Assembly: GCA_965226795.1 (NCBI GenBank)
Contig: CBDDDZ010000005.1
Location: 416,001-480,000, forward strand
Direction: 5' to 3'
Source: Candidatus Latescibacterota bacterium
GTDB lineage: Bacteria; Latescibacterota; UBA2968; GCA-2709665
Length of the DNA: 64,000 nucleotides
Part shown: piece by piece, positions 61,543 to 64,000 of the stretch
Position numbering within the stretch: the first letter of the stretch is position 1
Layout of the letters: each line of letters opens with the position of its first letter
Translations under genes and position numbers: made by a program
Notes under the pieces: model-generated
Database searches by the model: none
Told to the model about the DNA's origin: nothing
What the model saw: the letters and a program-made list of their open reading frames with translations, nothing else

Positions 61543-62598
61543 ATGCCGATCTTGTCACATCTGAACCTCAGACAGTGTGGATATGCGATCTTCGAGGCCG
61601 CCGGGCTGCCCGAAGATCAGGCGCGAATCGTAACGGATCATCTGGTGGATGCGAATCTGGCGGGCCACGACTCCCACGGGATCCTCCGGATGCCTGGCTA
61701 TGCGCGCGGGGTGAAGGCGGGTGGAATCAAGCCCGCAGGAGGCCACAAAGTGGTTCGGGAGACGCCTGTTTCGATGACCATTGACGCCGACGGAGGGATC
61801 GGAATCGTGGTAGCCAATCTGGCCATGAGTATGGCGGCGGACCGAGCCCTTCAACACACGATCGGGGCGGTTGCGGTCCATCGGTCTGGCCATATCGGCC
61901 GTCTCGGCGATTTCCCCGCCATCGCGGCAGAGCAAGACTGTATCGGCATATTGATGTTGAACGGGGGAGGGCGGTTCGCGGCGCCGTTTGGCGGCACCGG
62001 CCGGCGGCTGCCGCCCAATCCGATTGCGATTGGCGTACCCACGGCAGACGGGCCGCCGATGACGCTGGATATAACGACAAGCGTCGTGGCCGGCGGCAAG
62101 GTCGACATCTGCCGCGTGCGGAAACAGTCCGTGCCGGAAGGCTGGCTGGTGGATCCACACGGAAATACGGTGACCGATCCGGAGGTATTCTACGCGGGCG
62201 ATGCGGCCATGTTGCCGCTCGGCGGGCCCGCCGGCCACAAGGGATACGGCCTGTCGATGATGATCGACGCTATTGCGGGCGGTCTTTCCTGGGCCGGGTG
62301 CAGTACGGAGGCGCCCACCCGGGGTGGGAGCGGGTTTTTGGCATTGGCAATAAAAATCGAGAGTTTCACCGACGTGGACGAGTTTAAGTCGGAGGTGCGT
62401 AACCTTATCGATTGGGTGAAGTCGTCGCCGACGATGCCGGGTGTGGACAAGGTCTACGTACCGGGTGAAATCGAGATGGAGACCCGCAGGAAGCGGGTGT
62501 CGGAGGGGGTGTTCGTGGAGGAGGCGACTTGGTCGGAAATCTGTTCCGTGGCCGAAGAACTGGGTGTGCCCGTGTCGGAAAACGGAACCATCACGTAA
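61543..62598 (+). CDS. Ldh_2 (malate/L-lactate, HcxB/YbiC-like) oxidoreductase
   Basis: DHLVDANLAGHDSHG, HIGRLG, APFGG, NPIAIG, DITTS.VA.GK, GHKGYGL, VYVPGE.E. Confidence 0.9.
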   Translation: MPILSHLNLRQCGYAIFEAAGLPEDQARIVTDHLVDANLAGHDSHGILRMPGYARGVKAGGIKPAGGHKVVRETPVSMTIDADGGIGIVVANLAMSMAADRALQHTIGAVAVHRSGHIGRLGDFPAIAAEQDCIGILMLNGGGRFAAPFGGTGRRLPPNPIAIGVPTADGPPMTLDITTSVVAGGKVDICRVRKQSVPEGWLVDPHGNTVTDPEVFYAGDAAMLPLGGPAGHKGYGLSMMIDAIAGGLSWAGCSTEAPTRGGSGFLALAIKIESFTDVDEFKSEVRNLIDWVKSSPTMPGVDKVYVPGEIEMETRRKRVSEGVFVEEATWSEICSVAEELGVPVSENGTIT

Positions 62599-62643
62599 TG
62601 CTTGAAACGTCCTCAGATTCCAATTTTACGATGGAGAATCAGA

Positions 62644-64000
62644 ATGTACGGTCCGCATGGTTCGGTCGTTGACTTTTGTAAAACGGTGTTGCCCCTGTTG
62701 CACGGAAAAACTGACGGCAGACGGGTTCTGGAGGATGTGCGCGCCGTTGTGGCAACGGACCGGTGGAACTCATTCGATCGGTTCTCGGACACCACGGAGT
62801 TTCTGGTCCGCCGTTACGAGGAGTCTGGCGCGAAGGCGGAAGTCCACGCCATGCGGACGGGTGGTTCCATCGGCTCGGGGCGATGGATCATTCATAAGGC
62901 CGCGGATGTGCGTTCCGGGACGATGGACGTGATTCGTCCTGTCAAGACGCGAATTCTGGACTACAAGGAGAACCCCTGGCACGTGATTCAATGGAGCGAC
63001 GCCACCCCGCCCGGCGGAATGGAGAACGAACTGGCTGTCGTGGATTCAAAGGAGGCCCTGAGTCGGATTCCCCGAGACGGTCTGGCCGGGAAGGTTGTGC
63101 TGACGCGAATGAATCCGCGCGGAATGTTGCGATCCTTCGCGGAAGCCGGCGCCGCCGGGGTGGTTATCGATAACCCGGTGCCGAACCTGCCCAACGCGAC
63201 CGCGTGGACGAAATTCGGGTGGGGCGGTGTGCCGATTGAGGACGCGGCGGTTCTGATGGTGGGCCTTGTGCTATCTGAGAACCAGGGTAAACGGCTGCGG
63301 GGGCTGGTCCGGAAGCACGGCGCCCTGACGGTGCGGACGGACGTGGATATTCGGCACTACCAGGGTACTCACGATCAGGTGAGTGGGGTTGTGCCGGGCG
63401 AGGCGGACCCTCAGGATGAAGTGTGGGCGCTCGCGCACAGCGCGGAGCCGGGCGCGATAGACAATGCATCGGGCGTGGCGCTCTGCCTGGAAATCGCACG
63501 CATTCTCGAGGCGTTGATCGCGGACGGCGCGCTGCCCCGGCCCAGACGCACAATCCGCCTGATGAATGCCTACGAATGTCACGGGTTCTTCAAATACCTG
63601 GAAGACGTGCAGCGCCTGCAAACGCCCCTTGCGGGTGTCGTTATCGATACGGTGGGAAGCAAGCCTTCGGTATGCGGAGGACGGCTCGAGTGGCATGCGA
63701 CGATCCCGATGTCGGCTGGCTTTGTGGACCGTTTGGGGGAGGCTATTCTGTCTGAAACGCTCCGCGTGCGAAATCCTGGGTATCGCCTGTTTATGGAGCC
63801 GTTTCAACCCACGTCCGATACGCTGATTGGCGATCCGAAGTATGGATTCCCGTGCCCCTGGCTCACCACTCACCACCAGAAATCGGGCCGGGGATTCGAT
63901 GCTTATCATTCATCCGCCGACACGCCGAGTCTGTTGAGCACGGTGGGGTTGGCGGCGTGCGCAACAGCAATGGCGGGCTATCTGTACTGGCTGGCGGATG
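62644..64000 (+). CDS. M28-family peptidase-like protein (3' truncated; missing from the ORF track)
   Basis: ATG 62644 after GGAG, open to the window end: MYGPHGSVVDFC...DRWNSFD...EVWALAHSAEPGAIDNASG...RTIRL...SD...YHSSADT. Confidence 0.75.
   Translation, partial: MYGPHGSVVDFCKTVLPLLHGKTDGRRVLEDVRAVVATDRWNSFDRFSDTTEFLVRRYEESGAKAEVHAMRTGGSIGSGRWIIHKAADVRSGTMDVIRPVKTRILDYKENPWHVIQWSDATPPGGMENELAVVDSKEALSRIPRDGLAGKVVLTRMNPRGMLRSFAEAGAAGVVIDNPVPNLPNATAWTKFGWGGVPIEDAAVLMVGLVLSENQGKRLRGLVRKHGALTVRTDVDIRHYQGTHDQVSGVVPGEADPQDEVWALAHSAEPGAIDNASGVALCLEIARILEALIADGALPRPRRTIRLMNAYECHGFFKYLEDVQRLQTPLAGVVIDTVGSKPSVCGGRLEWHATIPMSAGFVDRLGEAILSETLRVRNPGYRLFMEPFQPTSDTLIGDPKYGFPCPWLTTHHQKSGRGFDAYHSSADTPSLLSTVGLAACATAMAGYLYWLAD

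Overview
GC-rich bacterial chromosomal segment. The GWxTD protein, DUF4292/TPR lipoprotein pair and secreted proteins with a paired 'DFDxDGxVxFxDFxxF' tail suggest an FCB-related, Latescibacterota-like organism (inference only). Housekeeping genes: purF, rnr, sodN, CIRCE-controlled groES/groEL, iscS-mrp-moeZ, ftsY, parAB, ppdK, tRNA-Lys, rpsT, FKBP, purD, purE, ispH, dut. Sulfur block: cysH plus cysM-mec-cysO-cymR-like-cysK. A lysine riboswitch heads a dapA-pckG-dapB(-transaldolase) run, and there are two putative catabolic clusters. The most unusual signals are non-coding. (1) A dispersed modular repeat family carries an exactly 62-nt, gap-free but hypervariable cassette between conserved inverted flanks (three copies), shuffled with other modules and REP hairpins. 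(2) A ~150-nt rod-shaped candidate RNA with its own promoter lies upstream of an atypical pyrH. Accessory genes at 25-27.5 kb and 41.5-47.9 kb (HEPN protein, YbdK ligase, M20 amidohydrolase, two secreted metalloproteases) carry frameshifts or premature stops while core genes are intact. No CRISPR array, rRNA, integrase or transposase was found. All calls are from reading motifs by eye; no database search was run.
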